Below, piece by piece: positions 60,745 through 64,000 of a stretch of 64,000 nucleotides of DNA. The DNA is from Gekko japonicus. Lineage: Eukaryota. The stretch is from NCBI RefSeq assembly GCF_001447785.1, contig NW_015175421.1:1-64000 (forward strand), in the 5' to 3' direction. Numbering within the stretch: the first letter of the stretch is position 1; each line of letters starts with the position of its first letter. Made by a program: the position numbers and the translations under genes. The notes beneath the pieces were generated by a model that made no database searches, was not told where the DNA came from, and saw only the letters and a list, made by a program, of their open reading frames with translations.

Positions 60745-62392
60745 TTTAAATTGATATTTTATTATCTTTTATATCTCCAGATATTTTTATGCATATCTTA
60801 ACACTTCATTTTTCATATTCTCCTCTTTCTAAGAATCAAACTAAACATTGAAAGCATATAAGTACTCTCTATCCTCGTTATCTTATTCCCTTTCTTTACC
60901 CGCCTGCCCAAACCGCCATACAACTTCCTCTAATTCATGATCTAAACGTTATTGCATTCTTCTTTAAGTTATTCAGGACTTCTATACTTCTTTTGCTGGA
61001 TTCCCTCCGTGCATCCTTATTTTATACTTCTAGTCTTTCTTCCATACCTATAAAGGAAAGTTGAAGAGGGTTGCCTCCGAAACTGGGTGCTGCAGAGGAA
61101 GCCTCTGCAACAGGAGGAAACCCTCCTCCCTCTTATCAGGGGTCTTGGGGGGGCACACCCTTCCCCTCCTTGCTATGTCATTGGCTTTAACTATTCCATT
61201 CCTATTGTCTATTTTCCATTATTTTTATTCCCACTCATCCTATCTACTAACTCTAACTTACTCTATATACTAACATACTATCATACTAACTCTAACTTAC
61301 TTTATGGATTACATTCTATCTCTCTGCTTCAAAACATAATATCACAGTTCAAACACTTCCATTCCTTAATTTGGTTACTGCCTCTACTGAATTTTTCCCT
61401 GCAATTTCATTAGGTGCAGTGAACTTTTTGTTTTCCAAATTAACCACGAGATGTCAGAGCGGCAACCATCTGTATTGAATTCCTTTGTCTCTGAGAATTT
61501 TTGCTGTTTCCTTAAGACGTCTTCTTGCGATGATTGCCTCAGCTGGAATGTCAGGAAACAGATACACAATCGTGTCCTCCAGGCTCAGTCCCTGCTTGTC
61601 TCTCGCGATTGCAAAAAGTTTATTCTTCGTCTGAACCTGTTTAAATTCGATGATAATATCAGGTGAAGCGTTTTCAGGAGCCTTTTTGGGGATATTTAGC
61701 CAGAAGACACTGCTTCACCTGCTCCTAGAAGAACCTGAGTCAGCCATTTATTTAAAGCTGCAGCGAGATTTTCTTTTTCACCAAAGTTTACAGATACTCC
61801 ATGGAGTTTAACATTCTTTTCTCTCCGTTTTGTTTTCTGGAGTATGATCTTATTTTTGACCCATATCTCAAATTCCTGGAATTCTTTAATGTTGTCTGCA
61901 TTCTTTTTTGCCAAGTGAAATGCTGATTCAGCTTTCCTCTCTGTCATTTTCAACGCTGCGATGAGCTTGTCTAATTTCTTATTTATAGGCTCAATTGTTT
62001 GTTTGAGCAGCCAAGTTCATTTTTGAACTGTCCAACCTCTCCACTCAGAGACTTTAAATCATTCTTGATTTTGTTCCTTATCTCTGTTAAGGCATGCAAT
62101 AACACAGCCTGTTCACTTTGGTCAGAGTTACTCCCCCCTGCCACCATTTCCTCTAACAGAGATGCCTCTAGGTCTGAATCATCTGAGTGTTCAAGGTCAG
62201 TATTACTCTTTTTGGGAGGTCTATAAGGAGGATTTTTAATAGCTTTCTTTGCTCTGGTCCTTCCCATAGCTAGCATTTGTATTTGTTCCAAACTTGGCTG
62301 TATTTTCTGGAAGTAGAGCTCTAATTTTCCATGGGAATAGCAGGAGTTGGAAGAGATGCAGCCAGCCAGAAGCTCAGCCACCACGCCCCCCG
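60745..62392 (-). mobile_element. Full-length ORF1-only L1 derivative (HAL1-like), decayed, in an SLC27A intron
   Basis: Frameshifted ORF1 pieces (61983-62384 and 61696-61953: RREKNVKLHGV...). A-rich tail at about 60745. 14-bp TSD TCCAG[G/A]ACTGATTT at 60731-60744 and 62393-62406. Confidence 0.78.
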
Positions 62393-64000
62393 TCCAGAAC
62401 TGATTTCATAGAGGTGAACATCCATCGTTTGCTCTACAACCAGGAGAACTATGCAGCTTGATAGCACTCAGGTTCCTGACTGTACATCCTAGGTATCCTA
62501 TGTATTGTTATAGGGCTATTCTGCATCTAGCATTCGCTCCACATTTTCTCAACTGGGAGGAAAAGGTGCAGCTCAAAATCACATGCAAATACCTTGGGGC
62601 AATGCCGTACTGACTGCAAAGTCACCCCTGAATGGCCATAAATCTATGCAGAAAGTACCATAAAACCCAATGACCAAAGAAAGTGAAAGCAGCATGCAAT
62701 GCAGAGGGTACCATAAAAATCCGATGATCCACCCTTGAACAGCCATCAATCTATGCAGAAGGTACAATAAAATCCCACGATCAAAGAACTCAAAAGTGGC
62801 ATGGAGTGTGGATGCTACCACAAAATCCAGTGATCAAAGGAAGTGAAAGCAGCATGCAATGCAGAGGGGAATTTCTGTTCCAATGTGGGTTTCGTAAAAC
62901 AATGGAGGGAAAAGCCAATGAAGAATTGCCCATAGTTTGAATTCTGATTAGTACAGATGAGTCTATCCTGCATGACAAAAGGAATGGCAATGTGTCTTAA
63001 TGACTGTAGACATCTTTTCAGTGGGCCTTAAATGAGAGGAAATGATCTGACCAAGGACCCATCAGGGCCTGAGATGAGGGGACCCACTCAGCTGAGGGGA
63101 AGGGGTGTGTATCTGGGAGACCCAGGTTTGAATCCCCACACATGCCATGGAAGCTCACTGGGTGACCTTGGGCCGGTTGCATATTCTCCGCCTAACCTGC
63201 CTCACAGGGTTGTTGTGAGGATAACATGCTGGAGAGCAGAACAACGTAAGCTGCTTTGGGGTCCCCATTGGGGAGAAAGGCTGGGTATAAATGTATTAAT
63301 AAATGATAAGTATCCATATGAAAAGAAGAAGAGAAGAGATTGGATTTATACCCCGCCCTTCACAGCTTACAATCTTCTTTCCCTCCCCCTCCCCACGGAC
63401 ACCCTGTGACTAGGTGGGGCTGAGAGAACTCTCTCAAGAACTGCCCTTGAGAGAACAGCTCTAAAAGAACTTATGACTTATCACACCAGCAGCTGCATGT
63501 GGAAGCATGGGGAATCAAACCCGGTTCTCCCATATTGGAGTCCGCCACACCAAACTGGCTCTCCAAAAAAACCCCACAATTTTTATTTGGGGGTAGGGCA
63601 AGAAGCAGAACACATCTGGCAGTTGGGTGAAGCACCTTACACACAAGCTGGCAATCCCCCCCCCTCAGGTATGTGATGTGGGGTGGCAGATCTGCTGCTG
63701 TATAGGAGTTCCTCTTTGGCCCCTCACCTGTGCTCTGTTTGTACATATATAAATAAAGCAAAGGCTACAAAAAAACTGGTGGCTTCCAGTGTTCTCTTCT
63801 CCTAAGGGAACCAATCCCTGGAATTCTTCAGTGCTCAAGAAAATGGAGAGTGCATCAGCTGCATAAGGCCTCCTTCACCTGCCATGGTCTTGATTCAAAT
63901 CGGTGCCCTGCGGGCCTGGGAACTGAGTTCCTAGAAGGGAACTCACAGCATGCATCTGATAGAAAGTTCTCCTGGTGGGCCTAGAAAAGACCCAAGGACT

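Overview
Repeat-rich vertebrate genomic DNA. The Sauria SINE, BovB and Squam3-like SINE content points to a squamate, most likely a gecko (inference). The window holds part of an olfactory receptor (OR) cluster: three intact single-exon ORs (a divergent paralog pair at 4871-5827 and 20299-21264, and an OR6-type gene at 44670-45629) and one disrupted OR6-type pseudogene (54048-56788). The last three exons of a SLC27A2/SLC27A5-type fatty-acyl-CoA synthetase lie on the minus strand (57937-60693). The standout is the 2185-bp element that broke the pseudogene (54103-56287). It has TGT...ACA termini, 38-bp near-perfect TIRs, a CCGG target-site duplication, palindromic subterminal arrays and an uninterrupted OTU cysteine-protease/deubiquitinase frame, but no integrase. 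This is the signature of a non-autonomous Ginger1 DNA transposon, a group known mainly from invertebrates. Other notable items: ORF1-only (HAL1-like) L1 derivatives, a BovB insertion with a 5' inversion, a ~307-bp identical tract between the OR paralogs, a decayed hAT transposase, MITE families with 8-bp TSDs, solo LTRs, Penelope-type hammerhead-like relics, several local duplications and a 273-N assembly gap. Repeat boundaries without a stated TSD are approximate.
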